Shown piece by piece: positions 1 through 13,233 of a DNA stretch of 64,000 bases. Position 1 is the stretch's first letter; every line of letters begins with the position of its first letter. The notes beneath the pieces were generated by a model. The model ran no database searches. It was not told the DNA's origin and saw nothing but the letters and a program-made list of their open reading frames with translations. Location of the stretch: the NCBI GenBank assembly GCA_964247055.1, contig OZ176053.1, positions 1,550,001 through 1,614,000 of the forward strand, in the 5' to 3' direction. A program made the translations under genes and the position numbers. This DNA comes from Paragordius varius. Taxonomy: Eukaryota > Animalia > Nematomorpha.

Positions 1-84
1 GATATATTGTGATTATTTTACATTTTAAACCCAATTTTTAATTAAAAAACTTTTAAACTAAAAAATATTTTTTTGGTGTTTTAG

Positions 85-762
85 GGTGAAAATGGTTGGA
101 TGAAAATTGTGACGAGCGCAACACATGACGGGAAAGGGAATGATTATAATTTAGGTTTTATATTTTTGCTCATAAATATACATAATTTTGATTTGAAATG
201 TTATAGTAACAATGTATAAAATAAATAATTGAATAAGGTAATTACAAAATAAAAAATAATAGAAATATTATTTAATTAAACAAGGGGTTTTATAATTTGT
301 TGATTGTTTTAAAGATTAATTAGTATAATGTTTGTGCTAAATAAATTGACTTAACACATTAATTAAATCTTTTATACTAAAACCTTGCGCAATTTTACAT
401 TATATTAAATAATTGAATGATTTAAACAGAAGCCCTTTTTAGTAGCGACAAAGTTTTAAATAATTTTTTTACATGAAAATAACATCGATATTAACAAAAT
501 TGTTGTTGAACTCCATTATATAATGTTATAAACGAAGAAAATTAAACTAAAAAAACTGATATCCAAATGATATATATGCTACTTTCAACTTAAATTTCAA
601 TTCAATTTTCGTTTTGAATTAGGAATTGAAACTGAGTGTGCTTATGCGTTGGCCGAACCTGATCCTGTACCATTCAATGAAACTTCTTTGTTGGTTTCAG
701 AGCATTTTGCAAAGCGAAATAATATAATTTACGAGAATGATATATATTTTAATACATTTTAA
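85..762 (+). CDS. CTSZ: Cathepsin Z/X, last two exons (85-154, 623-762); gene starts upstream of the window
   Basis: Spliced translation GENGWMKIVTSATHDGKGNDYNL-GIETECAYALAEPDPVPF... matches the cathepsin Z C-terminus ([30 protein letters not shown]); GT-AG intron 155-622 is phase-consistent; TAA at 760-762. Confidence 0.9.
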
Positions 763-1091
763 CACAATTTAAACATACAATACTGACATTATTTTATACT
801 TTTTATAACATACATTTATTCGCTTTTAAACTAACATAGATTTATTCATATTTTAATATTTTTAATATATTTTCAAAAAAATAGTATTCATGGTACTCTT
901 CTTATTCACATAACTGTTAAGCTCAAATTTTTTATTATTTCACATATAACTATAATCATGAAACAAATAATAAATATTTTTGTTAGATATATTATTATTT
1001 TGTTTTTGTCTCTGATTTCAATTTTGGATGTTTTTGTTGAAAAAAAAGGTTTTGGATTAAACGGTTTTGATAGCGATATTTTTGGTTAATA

Positions 1092-1316
1092 CAGTATGCA
1101 TTTTAATGGTTCCTTATTTCACACTATAGTTGGGCAAATCGCAACACAGTGGTGTATGAAAAAATATAACAATATGTTGAATAAACAATAATATTTTCCA
1201 TTCTTACATTACATTGTTTATTTTATTCAATATTTTGTTGTCGTTTTTCCATACACTACTGTGTTGCAAATTGCCCAAATATAGTGAGATAAAAGCAACC
1301 ATTAAAATGCATGCTG
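1092..1316. mobile_element. Fold-back MITE with TA target duplication (Tc1/mariner-like)
   Basis: CAGTATGCATTTTAATGGTT... / ...AACCATTAAAATGCATGCTG long imperfect inverted repeat, flanked by TA at 1090-1091 and 1317-1318. Confidence 0.75.
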
Positions 1317-1588
1317 TAAATTTTATAATTAAAAAACAAAAATAATTGAAATATAAGGTTTATATTTTTTAAAAAAATATAATCCCAATAAATTTAAAAT
1401 CGTATTCTCAATTGCCAAATAACGCTGGTAAAAAAATATTACAAAAATGTAAATAAGCTTTATTCAATATTTATTTTACATTTCAAACGTGTTAATAATA
1501 AAGTGCATTGGTTAAGGGGTCTTAAAAACATTTGTCTACAATATTAATTGTTTTTACATATATTAATTCGAGAAGTTTCGATAAAATA

Positions 1589-3229
1589 TTAATGTTTTTT
1601 ATCATTACTATCACATGTTTTGTAAAGATTATTGGCACCAATATAAGCAATAAGTTCATCAGGGACCAGGTATTTAATTGATTGACCCTTTGAGATGGCT
1701 ACTCTAAAATTTATAATAATTATTAATTAATTTTTTTTGCTACACAAAATTTAGTTTTTAATACAATAAAAATTATTAATAAAAATTAATATTTTGGTTA
1801 AATACTGATAATCTTTATTAGGTATAAATGATATTTTTACCGTAAAGCAGTTGAACTTATTTCGTTTGGAACAGGGTCTGACACAATATGGATTTGATCC
1901 TATTTTGTATACACAAATAAATAAATACATTGAAAAATCTTAATTTTTATGTGGCGTCCAACTAATTATAATGCATTTTTGACATTAATTATAATGATTT
2001 TAGTAAGACTAAAATCAAAATATTCTTCATGTCTTTACCATATTATAATTTGAAATTTTTAAATTTATAATAAGAGGTTTACTTAAAAATCTGTTTATAG
2101 TGGTTTTTGACCGTAATCAATTGTTTTCAAATACGCCATTTACTTTACAATGTTAATCTCTTAAACACTTTAGCAATTTTATTATAAATGATTAAAATGT
2201 ATATCGTATACCAGATCATAAAATATGAAATTTTTACCCTTAGCGGTTCCAACATTGGTAATTTATCAAAAACATTTTGTATGTTTGATCCGAACCGTGT
2301 AACGACAACCAATCCAAATTGCGTTATGATATCATGAATCTTAACATTTACATATTAGTTTATTAGTAAAATCAATTAAAAATAATATTATTAGTAATAT
2401 TCCATTTACAATTCAAATTCACCCTTAATTAATTCAAATTCACCCTCGAACTATTCAAATTCACCCTTAAATAAATTATATATTTTTTAAGATTAAAAAT
2501 TACTTATATATTTATATATTTTTAATTTCGTTTGAATTTAAATGCTGAAAAAATAATAAACTATGGCATAAATATATATTTTATATTAATAATGAGTTAT
2601 ATTAATTACAAAATATATTTTTAAGGTGAATTTGAATTGTTCCTCGGTGAATTCGAATTGTAAATGGTATATATATATATTTACATTTTGTTAAGAAGTT
2701 TTATTGAAAAGCGCTATCGCTATTCTATGATAAATATTTTACATGTTTATGGTCCCAAAGATTCGGAACGAGAAATGTTTCAAACATATCAGCTCCACAC
2801 AATAACATTAAATTAGCTTTGAAAACATTAAGAAGCAATGTACTTGAAGTTGAGAAGGTCGTTTTTAATTGTGATAATACATCATAAGTTTTGGACCAAT
2901 CTTTCTGATCACTTTCCCATGAACTCATTCTTTAAGAGACTAAATAATTATTAAAAGTACCTAATCCAATCTGATGATTGTAAAGCTATTGTAATCATGT
3001 CTCGCCTTTGTTTAGCAGGTACAAGGTTCTACCAAATAAAATATATGCAAAACCTTTTTGAAATAACCATCACTGACGGGAGAAATATAACTTTCGGTAA
3101 CGTCAAAGTTTTTGGCACTTAAATAATCTCTAGCGATTTCTAAATAAATTATTTTATACCAAACATCCGCAAATGCATGTAATTTATTGGATTGAAAGAC
3201 CCGCATGATAGGAGAGCGGTTTTATTCAT
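1589..3229 (-). CDS. NMNAT: Nicotinamide mononucleotide adenylyltransferase, 7 exons (3229-3160, 3139-3054, 3028-2961, 2929-2743, 2339-2238, 1899-1841, 1703-1589)
   Basis: Spliced protein has CGSFNPINYMHLRMFE, ISPVSDGY, WES, LLCGAD, FGLVVVTR, NEISSTALR and SIKYLVPD motifs; all six introns are GT-AG and restore the frame (20, 25, 31, 403, 338, 137 nt). Confidence 0.95.
2399..2670. mobile_element. MITE family A (TACCATTTACAATTCAAATTCACCCT termini, internal ~21-bp repeats) in NMNAT intron 4
   Basis: Inverted termini CCATTTACAATTC / GAATTGTAAATGG with subterminal AATTCAAATTCACCCT repeats; other copies in the window. Confidence 0.8.
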
Positions 3230-3861
3230 CATACGTTTATAATACAGGCGTATTAACATAAGGAAAAGGGATTGAGGCGAAGGCAATTTCCGCAAAAAAT
3301 GTTTGGGCTAAATTTCTGAATTTCAAATTGTCAAAAGATCAAGAATATTAAATAATATTGAATAATTATGAAAATATTATTTTTAAACAAGTTAGGCACA
3401 CAGTATGGTAAAAAACTTTATAAATAATAAAGATCGCATCGATAAAAACGTTAAGAGGCGCTAGGTTTTCGTAAACTAAAATTGGATAAAATTTCTAGAT
3501 TTAATTATATTTTCTACCCACAATTATAATAAATGTAAGGTCAAACTTGAAAAAAAAACAATTTTTTTTAAAAATATTTATACTTGTAAAATTATTCAAT
3601 ACTGATCAAAAAAGACATTAACATTCAATAAATTTAACATAATGATTTAAGGCAATACTTATTACAATATAAAAAGATAAGTGATATTATCACAAATATT
3701 GGGCGCTTTTTATTATACATTTTATAAATAATAAATTTTTCGAATCGCATTCAAACTGTTAAAAACACTTTTTTTATATGTAATACCAGGTATTCTGTCA
3801 TCATGTTTATTAAATAAAATAACAATATACAGAGTCATGATAATAATATCTCAAGGTCTAT

Positions 3862-6246
3862 TAGGGTGACCAAACGTCTCGCTTTTGGCGGGACAGTCCC
3901 GCTTTTTCACACTTTGTCGCGCGTCCCGCTACGTTTTTGAAATGTCCCGCTTTTTCACGATATAAAAAAATTTTTAATACATTAAATTTAATGAAAAAAT
4001 TTTTTTTTATCCCTTTATATTTTTATCACTGAAAAATCTATATCAATTTTATGTTTAAATCAAAAATGTTTATTTTTTTCGAATTTATATCATATGATTA
4101 TACACTTTGCTTCCTACTCCTTATGCCAACATTATCAAAAAGAATTAATACCACAAATCGGTAGCTTATACGTTTACTCCAGATTAATGTGATAAAATAT
4201 TTTTTTATACTAATATTTTAGTTTTATTACCTGCCAACATCATCAAAAAGACAAATTAATACCACAAATCGGTAGCTTATACGTTCACTCCAGAAAATTA
4301 AGGTAATATAATATTTTTTATACTAATATTAGTTTAAAAATATGAGTACTAAAAGAGGTTGTTAATTCAACAATGAATGAAATGAATCATTTGTTAAATG
4401 TTCTTTATGCGAGGGGGAAATCACCCTAGTACATGGCGGCAAGCATGATATTACAAAGCATCTGGAAACATGGAAACATAAAGAATGTTTAGATATGGCT
4501 GCATCGCTATTTATATCGAAAAACCGCTTTTGGAGAGGAAGAAAATAATTTGACACTAGCCGAAGGCGTTTTATCTTTTCACGCCGTTAATCACAATCAT
4601 TCCTTTAGATCTATGGATTGTACCTGACAGGTTATTCGTACCTTATTCAATAAATTTACATGCGCCCGTACAAAGGCTGAAGCCATTGTAGTTGTCCTTT
4701 CGCCACATGGATTTTCTGAAATACAAAAAGATTTGCTGAAAATTATTTCATATCGCTATACTCTGATGCATAAAATTACAAGGAAACAAAATTTCCCACT
4801 TTAATAAGACATTTTGATCCAGCGGAGTAAATAAAATATTTCATTTCTCTACCCTGTCAAAATTCTGACATAATTTTTAATTCAATAATGGAAAAAATTA
4901 TTTAAAAGACAAAATCATCGCATGTTGCGCTGACAACACCAATACGAACTTCGGTGGAAAAGTAAGGAGGGAAACAAAAAATATCTCATAAATTAGCAGA
5001 TAATCTTAATAAAGACATTATTGGCGTTGGGTGCTCAGCGCATAACACACAACGCTATTCAAACAGCTGCTGATTTGTTACCCCTAGATGTGGAAGTTGT
5101 TAAAATATACTCCTATTTTTATATATACACGGTACGCGTTGAAACGTTTAAGGAATTGTGAAAATGCAGAAGTTCAATATCAAAAATGCTTGGATACTGT
5201 AAAACTCGTTAGTTCGCTCTTCTGATAGCTCTCGAAAGAATTTTAAAAATGTATGATCCTTTAAAATCCCATTTTTTATCACAGGACAAATGTCCTACAT
5301 TTTTTAAAAAAGTTTGTTGGAAGTGATTCTTCAAAAATATGGTTAGAGTTCCTACATAATCAAGCCTCCCTTTCAAAATGTTATTGAATTGATAGAAGGT
5401 GACAAAATTTCGGCAATCGAAATAGCCAATGAAGTTAGTAACCTAAAATTCCAATGTCAAAAAAGGTTAAAAAAAATTTATACCATTAACCATCAGCAAT
5501 ATTATAAATAATTTAGAAAAACAAGGCTTAATAAATCGACAAGATGTCCTGCACCATATAAAATGTTTTATACAAATTGAAAGACTGGACGGTGCAATTC
5601 AATGAAATCGATCATTTTCATCGGATAATTAAAACCAGAATAATTGGTGCGATGTTCAAAAATTATTTAAATACTTCTGCATCTCCCAAAAATTTCCAAA
5701 AAATAATCTTTCACAAAATGAACTTTTTTCTGAAGTATTATTAGTTAAAAAATATATTAATAGTGAAAAGTTTAAATTATAAACAACAGAAATGCAGTAG
5801 AAAAGAAATGGTCAGGAATTTTTCATTATTTTGAACCAAACTAGTTCCATACAATAATATTTTAAAAAATGGGGAATTTGCACTATCTTTACATTGAACA
5901 ACGCTCCTACTGAGAGCGTTTTTCCCACGGTAAATCAGGTGTGGACACGAAAAAATCAAATTTAATTGTTGAAACTTTAAAGGCCATTTTATCTGTCAAA
6001 TATAATTTGACAAATTCTTGTGAAGACCAATATTATATAAAATGATAACAATCCGCTAAAACGCATTCACTCAAATAAAAAATATACCAAAGAATAAAAT
6101 ATTTTTTTATATTTATAAAATTGCGTTAAAAACAAATCATACAATGAATTTTTTGCATAAAAATTTTTGGTTGTACCTCCCTTTCCATGCCCCCCCCCTT
6201 TCTCAGATTTGTCCCCCTTTTTCGTTCAAAAAATCTGGTCACCCTA
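3862..6246 (+). mobile_element. Full-length decayed hAT-superfamily DNA transposon with 5-bp TSD (hAT5-like)
   Basis: TIR TAGGGTGACCA (3862-3872) / TGGTCACCCTA (6236-6246); TCTAT duplicated at 3857-3861 and 6247-6251; GTCCCG-type subterminal repeats; internal transposase remnants. Confidence 0.9.
4370..6095 (+). pseudogene. hAT transposase pseudogene (stops and frameshifts)
   Basis: Fragments CSLCEGEITLVHGGKHDITKHL, HNHSFRSMDCT, CARTKAEAIV, ADNTNTNFGG, GVGCSAH, KTR*FAL and a C-terminal NAPTE/R..VN.VWT dimerisation-like motif. Confidence 0.85.
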
Positions 6247-9098
6247 TCTATAATGTTTAACTTTCACTATTAAAGCCTGATACCCATTTGATTGGAAAAT
6301 TATCAGTTCGGTTATCAAAAACTAAAAATTTGATATGCCATTTAATGTTATAATTTGCTGAAACTGTTGACGCAGTTATTTATGGATTTTTTAAAATCAG
6401 AACTCTCCGATCCGATCACAAATATCATGACAAAGGTGTCGCTTCACATAACCAAAAACTCACTAAAAATACTCAGGAAATAGCCATAAATTAAAGAAAT
6501 ATCAAACGAGGATTTAACATACGAAACAACATTACTAAACATAATAAATGGATATATTTATTTTATTATATTTAACCTGTTGAATATGTATAAATATTTG
6601 GCTATATATGCGATTTATTAATAAATTATAAAAAACAAATCACTTTTGAAAACTATCACTTTGTTCTTTTTAAATTATGTTATTTTGGTAAAATATAACA
6701 CAGTTATTATTTGGGAGGTGATAGCTTATGCTTTTTACCAATTAAATAAATCATAGGCTTATATGTGTCCAATTATCATACCTGTTCCACACCATAAAGC
6801 TATTGGCATTTGTGACGCCTGGTCCACCCAAATAACCCAATAAAATCAAATTAAAGTCTTTTTTATAAGATTTGATAAAGGTAGGCAGAAGTGTTTAACC
6901 TGAGCCCGTAAATAATCATTCAGTTTAATCCATTAAAAAAATGTTTTCTATAAATTGCAATTGAAATTCGCAATTTTTTTAACTTTATAGAAAATTAAAC
7001 CTGGGTTAAAAGCAAGTTTTTCCTCTTTTTGTACACCATTTATCATGAGTTTTTTCCAATATACAGTAGAGAAGAGCACTATTATAAGACAAACCTATAT
7101 TTTAGGCCATATTGTATTTATTTAATTTACATGTCAGTAGCTATATATGAGATTTTTTATTAGTTACATATTTGAAACTTCATGATCTTTCATTTTTTTC
7201 CTAGTTTACCTTATAGGTTAGTTTTGTATCCCAAAATGTAAATATAAACCACAGGAAAGTTATTTTAGTTAAAACTTAATTCTCAAACATTGTTTTCATA
7301 TACTAGATAAAGATTACATTTTAGCAGTTTATAAAATCCAGAGAAAGCATGAAACACTGATTTCAAATTTAATAAATATCAAGTTTTTGCAAGATGGAAC
7401 TTGAAATCTACTTAAGTTAAAATACATTTTCTAATATTTTTATTTATTTCCCTGTTGCATTAGCGATTCAAAAAAAATTATAGAAAAAAACAAGGCAAAA
7501 AAGTTTGACATAAGTATTTTTTTATAATTATACATCCCAAAAAAATCACCACTCCGCCCTTAATACCTTAAATACTTTATATGAAATTTATATTTGAAAT
7601 TGCTCTTCGATATAAATTTGCCCTAGGTCATGAAGTGTTAAAGTTTGATAAATATATTATTAAAAATCAATTCCATTTTAATTTTAAATTCATAGTATGT
7701 ACAAAACATGTGTTATTTTTAAATACTTAAAACTATCATAAACAAACATTGTTTAAAAATAGATTTATATAAAAATACTACATGGTCAAGTAACCAAGAT
7801 AAAATATTTTTTATAGTAATAGTTAACCAAATCGATAAAAAACATTAAAAAGAGGTTAGATAACATAAATATTTTTATTGAACTTTTTGTGATAAATTTG
7901 GTATAAATACCTATCTAGAGATTAAAAAAATATATAATATTTTAAAGTTGGAATGTTAAATTTGGCATCGACTGTATTAGTATTTTTATTCCAATGGACA
8001 AGGATATCTGCATACAACTTTTGTGAGCATTTACAATTCTATTTTATCCAACATACATATTTTTTTGTGAAATAAAATGACAGATGACACGTTAAAATAG
8101 TTTAAATTAAAATGGGGTTTAGTTACAAATATGATAATAGGTATCCATATTTTAGGCGTATGAAAAAGTACATGGTTTAAATATGTTATTTTGATATAAT
8201 TCTTTATTTTTTTGAATACATTAAATCAATGAGTTTTATTAATCATTTTTTGAGAATTTGATAGTAATCAAACATAAGCTTTCAGATTCCCGAAAACTAA
8301 TGACCTGTGCAAAGATATGTTATGAAATACATAATGTTATAATCGCTAAAACGGTTACAGATAATCTAAATAAATGAATCTTTTTTTAAAAGCTTATAGG
8401 TAAAAAAAAGGAACTCTTTTTGTGTACTAAATTTTATCAAAATTTTTGACATGTTAACAAAATGTGTGGTTTTGACATACGGCTGGAATGCTTTACGATA
8501 CGAATTGATTTGGATTCAAGCTGCAGACTGGATTAAGTCTAATCTGTGTATAACAGTATAAAAATATTTATCAATTAAAATTTTCTTTTTATGGTTTTAA
8601 GGATGGAGACCTCATAGCTAATTTATTGTTAGATATATATATATATATATATTAATTCTAAAAATATAAATTTTGTAAATCCCAATTTTAACCAAATACG
8701 TAAAAATAATAAAGGGGGAAGTTCGATATGAAACAAAACGGCACATTCTTTTTTGACCAATTTACAGTACTGTTTGGGTAAAAAACAACCAAAGGGTTTA
8801 ATTGAACAATATTTTCTTATTTCTGAACAACGATTTAAATATTTAATTATGGACAATTATGCTTTATACTATATGCTACTGTATTCCCTATTTGCGAACT
8901 ATAAAGGGGGTAAACATAAGCCTAGAAAATAAAAAATAATTTAGTACAAACGTTTTCTTGGGGTATTACCCCGATTAGAAGTTTTTCGAATAAGTTCAAA
9001 TTAAATATACCAAAAAAGAAGCGAATAAAGCTAGTTGAAGTTTTCACATTTTTAAATAAAAATAGGAAATACGATAAAAATTTAAACGAAACGTTTAA

Positions 9099-10208
9099 CA
9101 CTTGGATACAACACATTTATTTCAGTCTATCGATTCAAATTGGGGTAATTGGATGCCCCAGGCTTATTTAAAATTAACTTTAAAAAATATGGAAGGAATT
9201 AAAAGCATGGCTAAATTTTCCCCTATTCAAATTGGGGTATCTAAATACCCCAGACTATATTTAAATTAGATTTTTTAACAAACTACTGAACGAAATGGTC
9301 CCAATTTAAATTTATGCTTCTATCTAATAAAAATATATAAATAAGCCTAATTATTTAAAAATAATTTGGTTTTAAATAAAACCCATATCAAACTACTTGG
9401 ACGCCATTTTTATTTTATAACATTTTTGCAAATAATCGAATTTATTTGATTTTACTAAAATGAAAGCTAATTTTTTATTTAACTCACATCTAACATTGAG
9501 AGAAACAGAAAAAAAGGTTTATTTTGTATTATTTTTAAATTTAGCTAATGCACACGTGTCATGTTGACTAAATTATTAACTTGAGATTTTACATAAAAAT
9601 AAGTAATATCAACTATTTTTGAATGAAATTTTTTATATATTTCGGTTCATTGGTGTTTTAAATGTGCAAATTTTTGCCATGGTTTTTTCATTCCATATTT
9701 TTTAAAGTATTTAGTTTAAACAGGCCTGGGGTATCCAACTACCCCAATTTGAATCAAAGGACTGAAATGAATTTGTTGTATTTAAGTGTTAATAAACCGA
9801 AATATATGAAAAAATTTATTTAAAAATACTTATATTACCTATTTTAATGTAAATTCGAGATAAAAATTTCGTCGTAACATATGTGCATTGGCTAAGTTGA
9901 AAATAATATAAAATAAACCACTTTTTCTATTTCTATCAATGTTAGATGTAATTTAAATAAAAAGTTAGCTTTAATTTTAACGTTAAAATCAAATAAACAC
10001 GATATTTTGCAAAATTTGGTAAAATAAAAATGGCGTCGAAGTAGTTTGACATACCTTTTTTTTCAAAACAAAATTTTATTAAGATATTTTGGCTTTTTAT
10101 ATAATTTTAGGATAGCATAAAATTTAATTGGGACCGCTTCCTTCAGTAGTTTTTTAAAAATATTAACTTAAATTTGTCTGGGTTATGATTCCAATTTGAA
10201 TCCAAGTG
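9099..10208. mobile_element. TTAA-targeting (piggyBac-like) MITE family B, with a second copy of the same family nested in opposite orientation (~9225-9788)
   Basis: Outer TTAA|CACTTGGATAC... matches the 40426-41003 copy; inner copy matches 14516-15094 and ends AAGTG|TTAA at 9788-9792, after which the outer element resumes. Confidence 0.8.
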
Positions 10209-10420
10209 TAAAAAGTAAAAGACAATAATACTATTTTATAAAAAACAACCATATGAACCTTGATTTGTAAATATAATTTTAATGTTTGAAACCTAAAATA
10301 TGATATGGAGGTAAAAGTTGGTAAAAGACTCAATTTCTTTTTACAATAATTTAACTTATATAGAAAAAAAAATTAAGGATTAAAAAATATGGTTTCCTTA
10401 TAAATAATATAAGCCTTTTA

Positions 10421-10647
10421 CAGTCATGTATCCTTTATTTATCAAAAATTTATTTTCTTTCGTCAAAGTATAAATATTTGTTAAAGAATGGAAAAAACAA
10501 GAGCTCTATGGTATAAACAATATCATATTCATCAAAAAATTATAAGAATTACCATAGAGCCCTTGTTTTTTCCATTCTTTAACAAATATTTATAACCATT
10601 TAACGAAAAAAAAATAAATTTTTGATAAAATAAAGGATACATGACTA
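10421..10647. mobile_element. Fold-back MITE with TA TSD
   Basis: CAGTCATGTATCCTTTATT... / ...ATAAAGGATACATGACTA near-perfect ~100-bp inverted arms, flanked by TA. Confidence 0.8.
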
Positions 10648-11037
10648 TACTTTTTATGTTAAGCCATTAGAATTTCATTATTTACTATAACATAAAAAAA
10701 TTACTCAAATAAAAGATGCAAATAAGGATTTTGACAAAAGCGCCACCGTAAAAAAATATGTATTACCTTTACTAGGTCAAATGTATATAAAATTCAGATT
10801 TATAAGCTATAAAAGTAACTAAATTGTTGGAATTTTATTATTTCTCTAAATAAAATATGGGGAAATATTGCTGAAGTTGGAAGGTTCGGTTTAAATAAAT
10901 TTTTTTGCCTACTTGAAAAAACGCTATAAAATTTTATACAAATAGCTAACTACTATCAATTTTAAATATAATTTTAATAAAAGTAAATTTAATCAAATTT
11001 TAAATGTTTATGCAGTTATAATTATTTTTTTAGCATA

Positions 11038-11241
11038 CAGCGACATATCTCACTATGAGGTCCAAAAACTTTCTATATCCGGATTTACATTTGACTATCA
11101 TTGCGCAATAAATATTTCAATCGTTAGGCCAAATGTTACAGTATCTCAAAGACAGGAAACTTCTTTGAGGATATTTGAAATAATATATAATCGACCGCTT
11201 CATCGATTAGGACGTCTTGTCCGGCACAATCAATTTTATGT
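11038..11241. repeat. Dispersed ~200-bp repeat (family D); inverted copy at ~41925-42110
   Basis: GCATACAG...TCCAAAAACTTCTATATCCGGATTTACATTT...TTGCGCAA aligns to the reverse complement of 42000-42110. Confidence 0.7.
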
Positions 11242-11331
11242 AAGAACTCTATATATTATATTTAATTAAATTAGCAAAATGTTTGTAATTAAAGTTTACA
11301 CGAAATCACCATTAAATTTATTTCCCAAATA

Positions 11332-11562
11332 CAGTAAAAAATTAAAATATACGGACAAAACATAAAAAAATAAAAGATATATTTTACACGATCCATAATG
11401 TCTCGATTTTTCCATATAGAATATTTAATTACATTTGTAAAATATATAATTGATTCTTAAAATCTTACCAATTTACATTCCTATATCCTAATTTGAATTT
11501 CAAAACAATGAAGACCTAATATCGTGTTTACTTACGTTTTGTCCGTACAATTATTTGTACTG
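11332..11562. mobile_element. MITE family C (CAGTAAAAATT...TACGGACAAAACG termini, TA TSD)
   Basis: Inverted termini with TA flanks; same family at 27390-27671, 46899-47191 and a half copy ending at 55349. Confidence 0.8.
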
Positions 11563-11637
11563 TAATATAAAATATTAAAGCTAAATTTATTACAAATTTT
11601 ACAACTCACTATCTTGATTTATATACATATAATGTAG

Positions 11638-13233
11638 TTTGATCAAGCCAACGCATGGAATGGCAACTATGAATTATCTACTGATAAAACCTATTTAATA
11701 TTTGTGGAAGCGACCCCGAAATATCGATGGGATCATCTGGTTTATAAACAGCTAATGTTTGATTGCAAAGGTAATTATAATTTTTTTAAGTAACTTTTTA
11801 AATTATTTTTTGATATTTTTAAACAAAATTATATTTATATATTTATATATTTAGGTGTGATATAAAGAAATTATAATATTAAAAAAGCATGATATAAGGA
11901 ATTAATACATGCGATCATTAAATCACAAATTTTGATTATTATAGATAAAATGTTATGTAAAAAAGCTCAAATCCTTAAAATAAAATATTTTGTAAATAAC
12001 AAAATAAATTTATTGTCCAAAATAATTAAAATTTGGGTTGGTATTTATTTTTTATCAATCTTTACCCTTTAATATAATTAGAGTGCGCGTCATAAGTTTT
12101 TTGAAAAACTTCATATTTAAACATTTATTTTAAAGACAAAAAGCTTTTGTAATTTGTACATCGGAAATTAATTATAATTGGAAATGTGTAATATTAAAAC
12201 GCCAGTAGGTCAAAAAAATAGCGTTAATTAAAAAAATATTAAATGTTAATAAGGAATTTTAAATTTTAAGAATATATATTTATAAGATATATTTTATTGA
12301 CTTAATTATTGTATTATCATATATAATGAGAATAAAACACCAAAATTGCCCAATAAAAACATTTGATATTTACACCTTATGTTTGGATCGATTCCCCCCT
12401 TATCTTTTTTGATTTATTCGACATTCATTTTTTATAATTTGATTAAATATATATCGTAAAGTTTTTTAAAAATGATTTTAGATTCCGTACAACAACTCAA
12501 TTACCCCAGGATATACATTTCTGAGTTCAAAGTAACTTATACCGCTGAAACAGGATCGTACAATGTAACCGCCAAATTGGATATGAATGATATGGTCCAC
12601 TTTGGTTTAGCTATAAACAGTTACGAAAGCAAAATAACGCCTTTAAATCACTTCCGAACCAATAATACTAAACGCTGGGTTTTACTTCTCTCTAGTAGTT
12701 TTTTTGAAATCTCAAAAGCGCGTAAATTATTATTGTTCTATTACACATTATAAATTATATCGTACATTACTGTTATCTATAAGATAAAAAAAATTGTCTA
12801 ACAAATGTTTATTGCATTTCGTACACCTTTAAACAATTCAAATCACCTTCGAACAATCAAAATTCAGCTTTGAACAATTCAAATTCACCCCAAAATAAAT
12901 TATGTGTAGTTGAAAATTGGAAATTAATATTTAAAAAATAAAAATTTGATTAAAATTAGTATAATACTATAAAAATAATCAACTATGTCACAAAGATATA
13001 TTTCATAATAATGATGAGTTATATTAGTTCTAAAATGGTAATTGTTCAAGGGTGAATTTGAATTGTTTAAGGGTGAATTAGAATTATTCAAGGGTGAATT
13101 GGAATTGTTAGGGTTTTTGTTCAAGGGTTAATTTATATTGTTCAAGGGTGAATTTGAATTCAAGAGTAAATTTGAATTGTCCAAGGGTGAATTTTAATGG
13201 GTTAAGAGTGAATTCGAATCAAGGGTGAATTTG

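Noticed and set aside
6250-6950. TGA read as Trp/Sec (in-frame TGAs here and at 41233)
   Set aside because: RPL31 ends in TGA and conserved Trp residues in the genes use TGG; the TGA-containing frames are not demonstrably genes.
6250-8040. Minus-strand decayed paralogue of the 11638-13428 orphan gene (shared EATP, V.AK motifs)
   Set aside because: Similarity is limited to a few residues and the frame has several stops; cannot be distinguished from chance.
8629-9116. AT-rich short ORFs (also 13878-14114, 14689-14904, 19433-19712, 45780-45980, 57560-57772, 60685-60867, 63776-63979)
   Set aside because: Low-complexity F/I/L/Y/K-rich translations of MITEs or (TA)n tracts, expected by chance.
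12924-13124. ORF MNKNPNNSNSPLNNSNSPL...
   Set aside because: Translation of the MITE A 21-bp tandem repeat.
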